A stretch of 64,000 nt of DNA from Parcubacteria group bacterium (GCA_943354475.1 CALRBT010000001.1:23807-87806), one strand, 5' to 3'. Counted from the first letter of the stretch, positions 37,028 to 47,536 are shown. Notes: generated from the letters alone by a model not told the origin. Translations and numbers: made by a program.

Positions 37028-37873
37028 ATGAATTGGTACGACGATAAGATAAAGACAAATCCAAACTATCTCTCTAAAGGCAAGATTTCTAGCCTAGATC
37101 TCCTCTATCCAGGTTTTGTTTTTCCACTTCTTAAATTATTTGTCCAGGCTCGCAAAGAAAATCTGTCCATCTATGTCTTTGAAACCTATCGGTCACAAGA
37201 ACGCCAGCTTGAGCTTTTTAACAAAGGAACAAGTATGCTAAAGAAAAATGGTATGCACCATTTTGGTATCGCTTCTGACGTTGTCTTTCTCGACGGGGCG
37301 GGAAACCCTAGTTGGTCTGGAAGTTTCAATTGGGCACGTCTCGGGGCTATCGGCCTATCGCATGGGCTTGAGTGGGGTGGAAATTGGAAAAACTTTGTAG
37401 ACAAGCCACATTTCCAGCTCATTCCTGCAACATTTAGTGATCAGGCAAAAATTGTCGCCAAAAATTATCCTCCTTACGATAGTGCTATCGACGGAAAACT
37501 TTCTAAGGCCATAACTTGTTTTGAAAGTGCCAAAGCCGCTCACTTCTCAAGTCCTACTATCACAGCACTCGATCAAGCACTTTCAGATCAAGCGCCACAG
37601 CCAAAACCACCACTGTTTACCAGAGATCTACTACTCAACTCCACTGGTCCTGATGTGAAGTTATTACAGCAGTTATTGAATACAGACAATGCTACCAAGA
37701 TTGCGGTGAGTGGAGTTGGCTCTCCTGGACATGAGACTGGGTATTTTGGTGAAATGACAAAATTGGCAGTAGGGAAATTTCAGCTCAAACACGGTGTCAC
37801 GACACCAATTGGTCCTGGATATGGTAGAGTTGGGCCTAAGACTCGCGCCAAACTGCAAGAATTATTTGGATAG
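37028..37873 (+). CDS. M15 family peptidase with a C-terminal peptidoglycan-binding domain
   Basis: ETYRSQERQ..H.FG.A.D..WGGNW..DKPHFQ; GPDVKLLQQLLN..FQ..VGPKTR. Confidence 0.85.
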   Translation: MNWYDDKIKTNPNYLSKGKISSLDLLYPGFVFPLLKLFVQARKENLSIYVFETYRSQERQLELFNKGTSMLKKNGMHHFGIASDVVFLDGAGNPSWSGSFNWARLGAIGLSHGLEWGGNWKNFVDKPHFQLIPATFSDQAKIVAKNYPPYDSAIDGKLSKAITCFESAKAAHFSSPTITALDQALSDQAPQPKPPLFTRDLLLNSTGPDVKLLQQLLNTDNATKIAVSGVGSPGHETGYFGEMTKLAVGKFQLKHGVTTPIGPGYGRVGPKTRAKLQELFG

Positions 37874-37874
37874 T

Positions 37875-38474
37875 ATGATGAGATTAAAAGAACTATATCG
37901 GCTCATCTTGCCTCAAACACATCTCAATCGTAGTTTGCGTATTTTGATTAGTGTTAATACAGGGATGGTGTTTGTCGTTGGAATATTCGCTCCATTCTAC
38001 GCCGTGTTTGTTCAAAACATTGGGGGGAGTATTGCTTGGATTGGATTTTCTTGGGCACTCCTTTCGATTGTCTCTGGTGTATTGATATTACTCTTCACGA
38101 ACCTTGAGATGAAAGTGAGAGAACAGGAGTTACTCTTAGCTCTGGGTTATTTTTTACGCGGAATCGTATTTCTTAGCTATGCTTTTATGACCAACCTCAC
38201 CGAACTCATTTTTGCTCAAATACTTTGGGGTATAGCTGCTGCTATCGGTGTGCCCGCTTTCGATGCAGTCTATCAAGCGCATACAACAAATGAGGATGCT
38301 ATCGTTCAGTGGGGTGGGTGGGAAGGAATCGCATCGATTGCAACAGGAGTCGCTGCTCTTATTGGAGGATTCGTAATTGAAGGATTTGGCTACCAAGCCG
38401 TCTTCTTGATTATGTCGGCGATTTGTTTTGGGTTGGGTTTCTATGTCTGGCGATTACCACGAGAAGTATTATAA
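37875..38474 (+). CDS. Half-size MFS-like membrane protein
   Basis: About 6 TM, MFS-like pattern. Confidence 0.7.
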   Translation: MMRLKELYRLILPQTHLNRSLRILISVNTGMVFVVGIFAPFYAVFVQNIGGSIAWIGFSWALLSIVSGVLILLFTNLEMKVREQELLLALGYFLRGIVFLSYAFMTNLTELIFAQILWGIAAAIGVPAFDAVYQAHTTNEDAIVQWGGWEGIASIATGVAALIGGFVIEGFGYQAVFLIMSAICFGLGFYVWRLPREVL

Positions 38475-38620
38475 CTTATATATTTGGTGAACTTCTTTGT
38501 TGAAATCGTCGGTTTCTCCTTCATCATACGTTCAAGTATGACTCAGTCGCAACCTCGATTTCGCCTCATTGAGCACAATGACCTACTGGGTCGAACTCCA
38601 CTCAAATCTATAAGTTCTAA
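38469..38620 (+). repeat. Nested hairpin element C2
   Basis: 18-bp imperfect IR; CTTCTTTGTTG; CATACGTTCAAGTATG; CCTCATTGAGCACAATGACCTACTGGGTCGAA. Confidence 0.78.
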
Positions 38621-38637
38621 GCAGAAGTAAAAATTAT

Positions 38638-39279
38638 ATGAAAATCACAAAATTAGGGCACTGCTGTCTACTCATTGAAACGAAGAATAAAAGGATTTTG
38701 ACCGATCCGGGAACCTTCTCAACCGTGCAGGATGGTTTGAAGGATATTGATATTGTACTGATTACTCACGAACACGCTGATCATTTCCACCTTGATTCTC
38801 TAAACCGAATACTTACCTTAAACCCACAAGTGGCGATTGTAACCAACAGCGCTGTTGGCGCGCTACTCACCAAAGAAGAAATACCGTTTATTCTGCTAGA
38901 GGGAATAGATTCGGCAATCGTTTCTGAACTTCCTTTTGAAGCATTCGACTCTAAGCATGAGGAGATATTTGAAGAGATTGGTCAGGTTCAGAATACTGGT
39001 TATTTTATTGACGGACGTTTGTTTTATCCAGGAGATTCGTTTGCTGATCCCAAAAAGCAGGTAGAAATTCTAGCGCTTCCTATTGCGGGGCCATGGTGCA
39101 AACTCGCAGATAGTATTCGCTATGCGCTCAAGATAAAACCCACCAAGGCATTCCCTGTCCATGATGGGATGATTCAAGAAGATAAACTGAGCTCAAGTCA
39201 TGGAATTGCAGGGATGGTTCTGGGACAAAGGAATACAGAATTTACACAACTCAAGGCCGGAGAAACTGTTGAATACTAA
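38638..39279 (+). CDS. MBL-fold metallo-hydrolase
   Basis: THEHADH, YPGDS, PVHDG. Confidence 0.9.
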   Translation: MKITKLGHCCLLIETKNKRILTDPGTFSTVQDGLKDIDIVLITHEHADHFHLDSLNRILTLNPQVAIVTNSAVGALLTKEEIPFILLEGIDSAIVSELPFEAFDSKHEEIFEEIGQVQNTGYFIDGRLFYPGDSFADPKKQVEILALPIAGPWCKLADSIRYALKIKPTKAFPVHDGMIQEDKLSSSHGIAGMVLGQRNTEFTQLKAGETVEY

Positions 39280-39348
39280 GGTTTTTTGTTACTATTACTG
39301 AGACCAGTTTTGTGATTTAATAGGGGGGAATTAATTTAATTAACATTT

Positions 39349-40077
39349 ATGGACGAGAAACCAATTTCAAAAAGTAATTTACTCATTCCGTTCTCAATCA
39401 TTTTTGCTGGGTTGATTATCGGCGGTGCTGTGTACTTTAGTAACAATCGTAGTGGTGGAGCAGCGGTTCCTGGGGCCAAGGTTCCAGCTGTTGCTGCGGA
39501 CATCTCAAAGGTGGTTACTGACGGAAGGCCGTTTATAGGAAATCCAAATGCAAAAGTTACTATTGCGTATTGGTTTGATTATCAATGTCCGTACTGTAAA
39601 CTCAATGAGCAAAAGAATATCTCACAGATTGTTGCACAGTACGTACAGACAGGAAAAGTAAAAATCGTATTCAAGGACTATCAGTTCTTGGGCATGTATT
39701 CAAAAGATCAGGGAAGGGATGACTCAATGTCCGCAGCACTTATGGCAAGGGCTGTTTGGGAGGTATCCCCTGAAAAATTCTACGATTGGCATAGTGCGGT
39801 AATGAATAAGCAAGATGATGAAAATGCTGGTTGGGGGAGTGAAGCAGATCTCCTTGCGCTGACCAAGACAATTCCTGGAGTTGATGCGGTCAAAGTCCAA
39901 GGGTTGATGGTTTCTAAGAAGGCTGTCTATGAGAAAATGATTAATGAAGACAGGACCGAGGGTGCTTCGTTTGGTATTGAAGGCACTCCAGCGATGATTG
40001 TTGGTAAAGAGGTTCTTGGAGGCTATATTCAAGATTTTCCAAAGATTTCAGGACCAATTGATGCATTACTAAAATAG
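39349..40077 (+). CDS. DsbA/thioredoxin-domain protein
   Basis: DYQCPYC, GTP, N-terminal TM. Confidence 0.9.
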   Translation: MDEKPISKSNLLIPFSIIFAGLIIGGAVYFSNNRSGGAAVPGAKVPAVAADISKVVTDGRPFIGNPNAKVTIAYWFDYQCPYCKLNEQKNISQIVAQYVQTGKVKIVFKDYQFLGMYSKDQGRDDSMSAALMARAVWEVSPEKFYDWHSAVMNKQDDENAGWGSEADLLALTKTIPGVDAVKVQGLMVSKKAVYEKMINEDRTEGASFGIEGTPAMIVGKEVLGGYIQDFPKISGPIDALLK

Positions 40078-40084
40078 AGGTTAG

Positions 40085-40137
40085 TTACAAAAACAAAACA
40101 CCGGCAAGCTTTGCTTGCCGGTGTTTTGTTTTTGTAA
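40085..40137. terminator. Long IR terminator
   Basis: TTACAAAAACAAAACACCGGCAAG..CTTGCCGGTGTTTTGTTTTTGTAA. Confidence 0.75.
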
Positions 40138-40536
40138 TTTATCAATAGTTCACCCTATAAATCAACAACACCCCAAACCGGAGTGCGATTAAGGGTGGAA
40201 TGGTGTAGCACAAAATGTGCTTAGTATAAAAAAGAACAAAAGCGATGTTCGTCGCCGTCGGGACAGGCCCGACGGCTTCGAATTCGATGACCTCGAACCA
40301 GGTCAGCCGACGGCACCGACGTAGCCACTGGCCGTGGTCGAGTCGTGCGCCGTGACGAGGCGCCGATGAACCGTTGCCAGGTGACGGGCCATTGCGATCG
40401 TCGCGGCGTCTTGATCGATACTGAACCGTTTTTTTGTCAACTAATTAAACTGTTGATAATCGCAGTGCGTTTTTCGGATCCTGGAAGCATAAACATGTTT
40501 GTTTTGTTCGCCTAAAACTTTGTTATACTCAACACA

Positions 40537-41124
40537 ATGAAAGAAGCTCCGATTACAAAACTACTAATGATTGATGATAAACAGATTGAGTATTCACTGC
40601 GCCCGAGCCGTAAGGCTCGGGCGCTACGCCTTAGCGTCTATCCAGATAAGAGAATTGTAGTGAGTGCGTCTCTTGGATACTCAATTTCGACAATTGAGAA
40701 TTTTATCAAAAGTAAATCAGAGTGGATTCTCGATAAGCTCAGATATTTTAGTAAGTTTGCAGAGGTCACTACTTTACGTGGAGGCAGGCGTGAGTATTTA
40801 AAATACAAAGAAGTGGCGAGGAGTATTGTTCATGAACGTTTAAGACACTTTAATCAATTTTATAATTTTGATTATGGAAATATTACCATTCGTAACCAAA
40901 AGAGTCGGTGGGGAAGTTGTTCAAAGCGAGGTAACCTTAACTTCAATTTTAAAATAGCTCAGATTGATGCTGAACTAGCTGACTACATTATTGTCCACGA
41001 ACTTTGCCACACTAAAGAATTCAATCACGGTAAAGCCTTTTGGCAGTTAGTAGAGAAAACCATTCCAAATTACAAAGATTTGCGAGGTAGATTAAAGAGA
41101 GGGGCATTAGTCACTGCTCAATAG
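40537..41124 (+). CDS. M48/YgjP (DUF45) family metallopeptidase
   Basis: QKSRWGSCS, YIIVHELCH, NHGKAFW. Confidence 0.88.
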   Translation: MKEAPITKLLMIDDKQIEYSLRPSRKARALRLSVYPDKRIVVSASLGYSISTIENFIKSKSEWILDKLRYFSKFAEVTTLRGGRREYLKYKEVARSIVHERLRHFNQFYNFDYGNITIRNQKSRWGSCSKRGNLNFNFKIAQIDAELADYIIVHELCHTKEFNHGKAFWQLVEKTIPNYKDLRGRLKRGALVTAQ

Positions 41125-41298
41125 AGAATTAGGAGAGGTGGAGCATAAGTGTTCGTTTCAACCCCCTTACCGGACCCAGACCAGGAGGGTATACTCAAGA
41201 GTATGAGTGTTCCCTCAAGTGTTCACTTCGTTCCCTATACCCACAGGGCATAAGGTACACTCCTTATCCTCCAGAGGATAAGTGTTCACTTCGTTCCC

Positions 41299-43020
41299 TT
41301 ACATCTTCTCAAGGGTCGTGATTCCAAGTAGGTGAAGACCGTTTTTCATAACGGTAGTGAAGTTTGAAGTAAGTTGTAGGCGATAACCCGATTCTGGATT
41401 CTCTTTGTCGATAATTTTATTTTGCGCGTAGAAAGAATTGAATACTGAGGCAAGTTCAATAAGATAGGTGACGATATAACTCGGTGCAAGTTCATTATAG
41501 GAGAGCGTCACCACTTCTGGGAAACGATAGAGTAGTTTTTCCAAATCATAGATGCTCTCTTCGTGGGTTACTCCACTTAGCTTTATTCCCTCTGTCTTTG
41601 CTTTCTCTAGTACCGAGAGCGCTCTGGTATAGGAATATTGGAGATAGGGGCCAGAGTCACCTTCAAACGAAATTGATTTTTCTGGATCAAAGATAATGTC
41701 TTTACCAGGGGATTGTCTGAGGATGGTGTACTTGATGGCACCGACCGCAACCACCTCGGCAATCGTTTTCTTATCTCCCTCATCCAATTCTCGGTTACTA
41801 ATTTTCTCTAGCGCCAATTCTTCGGTGCTGGTGAGGAGTGATTCACCAGTAATAACGTTACCCAGACGCGAGGACATTTTGCCCGTGGTGAGACGCAAGA
41901 ATCCATGACTCACATTAACCGTTTTTTTGGCTTCAGGACGAATTAGGCTAAATGCCTTATGGACTACTTTGAAATACTCTTTTGTTTCAACTGCCGTAGT
42001 GATAATTGATTGGTCAAAATCTTTTACGGTTTCAATTTTAAGTTCGCACAGACCAAGATCTTTCGCCTCATAAGTGGTAAGTCCTTCTGAGTTTATAAAG
42101 ACGCGAGTGTGGAGACCGTGTTTTTCACCAGCAAAAACGATAGCCCCATCACTTTTTTCAAAAATGCCATCTGCAATATGATTTTCTACAAGTGCTTTTC
42201 CCGCTCTCCACGTTTGGCTTTCAAAAAAGTAATAGTCAAATTTGGTCCCTAATTTTTTGTAGATTGTTTCAAAATGATCGAGCGATAACTTCCTCCCGAT
42301 CACATAGATTTTGTTCACCCGCTCGTCAGACTCTTCGTATACCTGTTTATTTATCAACACGATTTCTTTTTTTGAAGACTCGTCTTCTTCATAAGCGGCA
42401 TTTCCGGCAACATAGCACTCTCCCATGAATTTTATAGACTCCTCTAGAGAGTGTGAGTCATCAAATAGATATTCCGAATCTTTGTGTAAGATGCCCCAGA
42501 TACATTTTGCAACATGTAATCCAACATCTCCTTGATAGTTTGCTCGAACGACCTCTGCTCCAGAGAATTCAATAACTCTAGAGAGTGATTCGCCAACTGC
42601 ATTACTCATCAAATGCCCTATGTGGAATTGTTTGAACGGGTTTGGTTGGGTGTACTCAATGAGAACTTTGGTCCCTTTTAGCAGCTTTGATTTCCCAAAA
42701 TCTTCTTCTTCGTTATCAATAATTTCTGTACTCTGCGAGAAAAACTTTTTTGAAAGGTGAAAATTAATAAAGCCAGGTTTTACTGCTTCAACCCGCTCTA
42801 TCTCTTCTTCTAAATCCTTAGATATTTCATGAGCAATAACCTCTGCCAACTCGAGAGGATTTTTGCCTGCCCCTTTGGCGAGCGCCATAGCAACATTACT
42901 TGAGTAATCACCAAAAACGAGCTCTGTTGGGTGTTCAAGTTTAATCTCCCCAGCTGGTAGCCCTAAGGTTTGGAGCGTAGAGGCAATCTTTATTTTGATG
43001 GTTTCAGTAATTGGTAGCAT
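41299..43020 (-). CDS. argS: Arginine--tRNA ligase
   Basis: HIGH, KMSSR, GDSGPYLQY. Confidence 0.96.
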   Translation of the reverse strand: MLPITETIKIKIASTLQTLGLPAGEIKLEHPTELVFGDYSSNVAMALAKGAGKNPLELAEVIAHEISKDLEEEIERVEAVKPGFINFHLSKKFFSQSTEIIDNEEEDFGKSKLLKGTKVLIEYTQPNPFKQFHIGHLMSNAVGESLSRVIEFSGAEVVRANYQGDVGLHVAKCIWGILHKDSEYLFDDSHSLEESIKFMGECYVAGNAAYEEDESSKKEIVLINKQVYEESDERVNKIYVIGRKLSLDHFETIYKKLGTKFDYYFFESQTWRAGKALVENHIADGIFEKSDGAIVFAGEKHGLHTRVFINSEGLTTYEAKDLGLCELKIETVKDFDQSIITTAVETKEYFKVVHKAFSLIRPEAKKTVNVSHGFLRLTTGKMSSRLGNVITGESLLTSTEELALEKISNRELDEGDKKTIAEVVAVGAIKYTILRQSPGKDIIFDPEKSISFEGDSGPYLQYSYTRALSVLEKAKTEGIKLSGVTHEESIYDLEKLLYRFPEVVTLSYNELAPSYIVTYLIELASVFNSFYAQNKIIDKENPESGYRLQLTSNFTTVMKNGLHLLGITTLEKM

Positions 43021-43111
43021 TACAGACTAATAGTACTGAAAATAGAGTGAATTACAAATATAAGGAGCTGTGATAAAATACAAGGAACGTTACTAATACC
43101 TAACTTTATTT

Positions 43112-43837
43112 ATGGAAATAGAAAAACATAGAAATCTGTATGCTTCAGGAGCCTTAGGTATAGCGATTGTTCTCTCAACAATCATTGGCGCCTGGACACA
43201 TTATTCGGTTCGGGCTCTTGACTTTGCGCTGAGTGTTACAGGCTCGGCCAAACAGCAAGTCACTTCAGATCAAGCTAAGTGGGTGACAACTACTTCTCGT
43301 ACAACTAGGGAGTCGCAAGTTAAGGCTGGTTACCAACAGATGAGTCAGGACCTTGCGATCGTTAAGAAGTTTTTTAAGGCAGAAGGAATTGATGAAAAAG
43401 ATCTCACCATTTCTCCCATCTTTATGGATCAAGTCTACAAGCAAAATGATGGAGGTGAAAAAGAGTTCAGTCTACGTCAAACTATTGAATATAATAGTAC
43501 TGACGTAGCCAAGGTAACCGCCATGAGTAAATTAGTTTCAAACATTATTGATCAAGGAGTTCTTATTTCAACGCAGTCGCTTGAGTACTCATACTCTAAA
43601 TTAGCCGAGCTCAGAGTCAGCCTTCTCTCTAATGCAGTGAAGGATGCTAAAGAACGTGCGCAGTCAATCGCCAAAGAGACGGGGCGTGGTGTCGGAGCAT
43701 TGCGTTCAGCCGCCAGTGGAGTGGTGCAAGTATTACCACTTAACTCGGTTGATGTATCCGACTATGGTATGTATGACACAGGGAGTATAGAGAAGGTAGT
43801 GATGGTCACCGTCAAAGCTTCTTTTGCAGTAAAATAA
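43112..43837 (+). CDS. SIMPL (DUF541) domain protein
   Basis: SVTGSA..V..D.A.W; AVKDAKERAQ.IA; K.VMVTV..SF. Confidence 0.82.
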   Translation: MEIEKHRNLYASGALGIAIVLSTIIGAWTHYSVRALDFALSVTGSAKQQVTSDQAKWVTTTSRTTRESQVKAGYQQMSQDLAIVKKFFKAEGIDEKDLTISPIFMDQVYKQNDGGEKEFSLRQTIEYNSTDVAKVTAMSKLVSNIIDQGVLISTQSLEYSYSKLAELRVSLLSNAVKDAKERAQSIAKETGRGVGALRSAASGVVQVLPLNSVDVSDYGMYDTGSIEKVVMVTVKASFAVK

Positions 43838-43840
43838 ATT

Positions 43841-44665
43841 ATGACAATACTCCTTGATGGTAAAAAAGCGGCAGAGGAACTCGAGGAACACTGCAGGAAG
43901 GCGCTCGGACAGTTATCCTATAAACCGATATTGGTTATTATCCAAGTTGGCAATCGCGAAGAGTCTTCGGTGTATGTAAAACAAAAAATGAAAGCAGGTG
44001 AGCGTATTGGGATTGAAGTTCGTCATGTGACATTACCTGAAGACGTTTCAATGGCCGATGCACTGAAAGCAATTGCTGAGAGTAATGAAGACGTATCTAT
44101 TTCAGGAATTATTTTACAATTACCTGTCCCAGAGCACTTGGATAGCGACTTTCTCATTGATGCAATTCTTCCTGCTAAAGATGTTGATGGGATGACTGCG
44201 GTTAACGTGAAGCTTTTGGTTAACGGTACTCATCTGGGAGTTTTGCCAGCAACGACAAGAGGGATCATGTTCCTGCTCAATTTTTACCGAATCACCATTG
44301 AAAGTAAGCGCGTACTTATCGTTGGTCGTTCAAAGTTGGTTGGCAAACCAACAGCGCTGGAGTTTTTAAGCCATGGGGCTACGGTGACGATTGCACATAG
44401 GAGTACTCAAGACTTGCTTGAAGAGGTAAAACGAGCAGATATTGTTGTTACTGCCATAGGCGCGCCACACTTTTTTACCAGAGATTACTTTAGAGAAGGA
44501 CAGGTGGTCATCGATGTCGGTATTAATCGACAAGCTGGTAAACTTGTTGGTGATGTTGATTTTCCAAATGTTCAGGACTTGGTCGCGGCAATCACGCCAG
44601 TTCCTGGAGGTGTTGGACCGATGACGGTAGCGGCATTGTTCGCTAATCTTGTCGATACATTATAA
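43841..44665 (+). CDS. folD: Methylenetetrahydrofolate dehydrogenase/cyclohydrolase
   Basis: KDVDG, GRSKLVGKP, TPVPGGVGPMT. Confidence 0.95.
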   Translation: MTILLDGKKAAEELEEHCRKALGQLSYKPILVIIQVGNREESSVYVKQKMKAGERIGIEVRHVTLPEDVSMADALKAIAESNEDVSISGIILQLPVPEHLDSDFLIDAILPAKDVDGMTAVNVKLLVNGTHLGVLPATTRGIMFLLNFYRITIESKRVLIVGRSKLVGKPTALEFLSHGATVTIAHRSTQDLLEEVKRADIVVTAIGAPHFFTRDYFREGQVVIDVGINRQAGKLVGDVDFPNVQDLVAAITPVPGGVGPMTVAALFANLVDTL

Positions 44666-44690
44666 ACGCTAAAAATCATAACTTTCAGAT

Positions 44691-45863
44691 ATGAATTACG
44701 ACCAAAGAGCGATAGCGATGCATAAGAAGTTTAAAGGCAAACTCGAAGTACGCAGTAAGGTATTGGTGAGGAATAAAGAAGATCTCTCACTTGCTTACAC
44801 ACCAGGTGTTGCCGCAGTATCAAAATTGATTGCCAAGGACAAACGAAACGTTTTTACTCATACACTTCGTGGTAATACTGTTGCTGTCGTCTCTGATGGC
44901 TCCGCCATTTTAGGATTAGGGAACCTCGGTCCAGAAGCTGCGATGCCAGTAATGGAAGGGAAGGCCGTACTCTTCAAAGAATTTGGTAATGTTGATGCCT
45001 TTCCAATCTGTCTGGCAACGCAGAACACCGAGGAAATAATACAGGCAGTGAAAATGATTGCACCAAGTTTTGGTGGAATTAATCTTGAAGATATTGCCGC
45101 TCCTCGTTGTTTTGAAATTGAAGAGAGATTAAAGAAAGAGCTCGATATCCCTGTCTTTCATGATGATCAACATGGAACAGCGATCGTGGTGCTCGCCGCG
45201 CTTATCAACGCGCTCAAGGTTGTAAAGAAAGATATCGCAAAAATAAAAGTGGTGATCAATGGTGCGGGGGCCGCCGCCACCGCCACAGCAAAACTATTTA
45301 TAAAGGCTGGTGTAAAACGTGGTTCGATATTAATCCTTGATAGTAGGGGAATCATCACGGTCGACCGGAAGGATTTAAATGAAGCAAAAGCAGAACTTGC
45401 ACTCCTTACTAATAGTAAGAAAGTAGGTGGTAATTTGGGTGAAGCACTTATCGATGCTGATGTATTCGTCGGTGTTTCAGCACCGAATGTACTAAAAGGA
45501 GAGTGGGTGAAGTTGATGGCAAATGACCCAATTGTTTTTGCGATGGCAAATCCGAATCCTGAGATTACCTATGAGGACGCAAAAAAAACAAAAATCAAAG
45601 TGTTTGGTACAGGACGCTCTGACTATCCAAATCAAATCAATAACGTACTTGTGTTTCCAGGAATTTTCCGTGGTGCGCTCGACGCAGGTGCAAAAGCGAT
45701 AACTGATGAAATGAAACTTGAAGCTGCTAAGGCGATTGCATCAATTGTGACTAAAAAGGAACTAAAACCAGAGTACGTTATACCGCGACCATTTGATAAG
45801 CGAGTAGCGAAGGTTGTTGCAAATGCAGTGAGGAAAGCGGTGAAAAAGGGGGCTAGGAAGTAG
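44691..45863 (+). CDS. NAD(P)-dependent malic enzyme
   Basis: AYTPGVA, PVMEGK, FHDDQHGT, GRSDYPNQINN. Confidence 0.93.
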   Translation: MNYDQRAIAMHKKFKGKLEVRSKVLVRNKEDLSLAYTPGVAAVSKLIAKDKRNVFTHTLRGNTVAVVSDGSAILGLGNLGPEAAMPVMEGKAVLFKEFGNVDAFPICLATQNTEEIIQAVKMIAPSFGGINLEDIAAPRCFEIEERLKKELDIPVFHDDQHGTAIVVLAALINALKVVKKDIAKIKVVINGAGAAATATAKLFIKAGVKRGSILILDSRGIITVDRKDLNEAKAELALLTNSKKVGGNLGEALIDADVFVGVSAPNVLKGEWVKLMANDPIVFAMANPNPEITYEDAKKTKIKVFGTGRSDYPNQINNVLVFPGIFRGALDAGAKAITDEMKLEAAKAIASIVTKKELKPEYVIPRPFDKRVAKVVANAVRKAVKKGARK

Positions 45864-45930
45864 TAATTTAAGAACAAATTAGGATGAAAATGTGAAGCCC
45901 CCGCCGACTACGTCGGCGGGGTGCTCTGCT

Positions 45931-46152
45931 TCAGTGCAGTAACCCTCTCATTCTGGGTGGAATCGTCAGAACGCATCCACATGTTCGGCAACTCCAACTC
46001 CCGGGAAGATTTCCCAGATGTCCTGCCTTTGCGCAGGCTGCTTGGATTGCGATATAGTCTGTTACGCTAATAGAGGTTGGGGAATCCGGATCCCCCTCTT
46101 CGAATTCCATCGTGATGATTCCACCAGATTCTCGCATGTTCAACCCCTTCAT
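45931..46152 (-). CDS. Hypothetical small protein
   Basis: 73-aa ORF with C..GH and CxxC; GC hairpin after the stop. Confidence 0.4.
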   Translation of the reverse strand: MKGLNMRESGGIITMEFEEGDPDSPTSISVTDYIAIQAACAKAGHLGNLPGSWSCRTCGCVLTIPPRMRGLLH

Positions 46153-46292
46153 TTGAGTAACGTCATCGCCAACGCGATGATGACCTGTTTCAATAATGAC
46201 ATTTTAAATAGATATAGTCAATGTCGTTCCTGTTTGCTGAAAAAAAGGTATACTTTACTTAAATATTTTTAGATAAAGAAAATTTATTCATC

Positions 46293-47330
46293 ATGAAAAA
46301 AATTAAAGTCGGAATTAATGGATTTGGACGAATCGGCAGAGCCTTTCTTAAGGTCGCTGAAAGTAGACCTGAACTTGAGGTTGTTGCGGTCAATGACTTA
46401 GGTGACGTTGATAATCTGGCATATCTTCTCAAATACGACACTGCCTATGGACACAGTGATTTTGAAATCGGAGTAAAGAAGGATTCATCGCCAACACTCG
46501 TTGTTAATGGACGTGATATTGCATTCCTCAGCGAAAAGGAGCCTGCTCATCTGCCTTGGGGTACGATGGGTGTTGATGTTGTTGTTGAGTCGACAGGGTT
46601 TTTTGAAACGTACGAAAAAGCTAAACTTCATATCGAAGGCGGTGCTAAACGTGTGGTGATCTCAGCACCAATGAAAGGGGATGAAGTAAATGGAGATGGG
46701 GTGACCGTACTTCTTGGTATTAACGAAGAAAAACTTGAACATTCTCAGGTAAGTTCAAATGCGTCTTGTACGACAAATGCAGGCTCACCACTTATGGCAA
46801 TTCTGCACGAAGCAATCGGTATTGAGAAAGCTCTCCTTAGTACGGTACATGGCTACACTGCAACACAGAGTATTGTGGATTCGCCCGCAAAAGGTGATTG
46901 GCGCCGTGGCCGTGCCGCAGCGCAGAACATCGTACCATCTTCTACCGGTGCTGCCATTGCGGTAACCAAAGCCCTCCCAGATCTCGCTGGACTCTTTGAT
47001 GGTATTGCTATCCGTGTACCTGTTATTACAGGATCTCTTGTGGACGTCACCTTTATTGCAAAGCGTGACACTTCGGTTGAGGAGATTAATGCAACGCTTA
47101 GACAAGCGGCACTTAATCCAAGATGGTCTGAAACGTTTGCAGTAACCGAGGAGCAACTTGTTTCTTCGGACATTATTGGGGATTCGCATGCATCGATTGC
47201 AGACCTTGCCATGACTCGTGTCGTTGGTGGTAATCTGGTTAAAGTTCTTGCTTGGTACGATAACGAAATGGGATACACACATGCGCTAGTGGGACATGTG
47301 ATTAAGGCAGGGAATTATATTGAGCGATAA
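46293..47330 (+). CDS. gap: Glyceraldehyde-3-phosphate dehydrogenase (type I)
   Basis: GINGFGRIGR, NASCTTN, WYDNEMGY. Confidence 0.96.
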   Translation: MKKIKVGINGFGRIGRAFLKVAESRPELEVVAVNDLGDVDNLAYLLKYDTAYGHSDFEIGVKKDSSPTLVVNGRDIAFLSEKEPAHLPWGTMGVDVVVESTGFFETYEKAKLHIEGGAKRVVISAPMKGDEVNGDGVTVLLGINEEKLEHSQVSSNASCTTNAGSPLMAILHEAIGIEKALLSTVHGYTATQSIVDSPAKGDWRRGRAAAQNIVPSSTGAAIAVTKALPDLAGLFDGIAIRVPVITGSLVDVTFIAKRDTSVEEINATLRQAALNPRWSETFAVTEEQLVSSDIIGDSHASIADLAMTRVVGGNLVKVLAWYDNEMGYTHALVGHVIKAGNYIER

Positions 47331-47491
47331 TGAATTTAGTTATAAAAATAGTTTCTATAATTGTTTTTGTTTATGTATTGATCGGGATATTTCAAGCGGT
47401 TACTTGGTCAGTCTCATATGATCCAGCTAGAGAGTCAGCTCCGAACAATCTCTCATCCTTCATACTAAACACTTTGTTGTGGCCGATGTAG
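47330..47491 (+). CDS. Small membrane protein (53 aa)
   Basis: TAATG coupling to gap; MNLVIKIVSIIVFVYVLIGIFQAVTW..LLWPM. Confidence 0.5.
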   Translation: MNLVIKIVSIIVFVYVLIGIFQAVTWSVSYDPARESAPNNLSSFILNTLLWPM

Positions 47492-47536
47492 TTAGTCTAC
47501 TATTATTTTGGAAGCGTTAATTATTGAAAAGAATGT

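Noticed and set aside
10800-41200. Prophage
   Set aside because: No terminase, capsid, portal or tail genes; the content is stress, redox and surface genes.
41145-41299. CRISPR array
   Set aside because: Only two 20-nt repeats, palindromic spacers, and no cas genes in the window.
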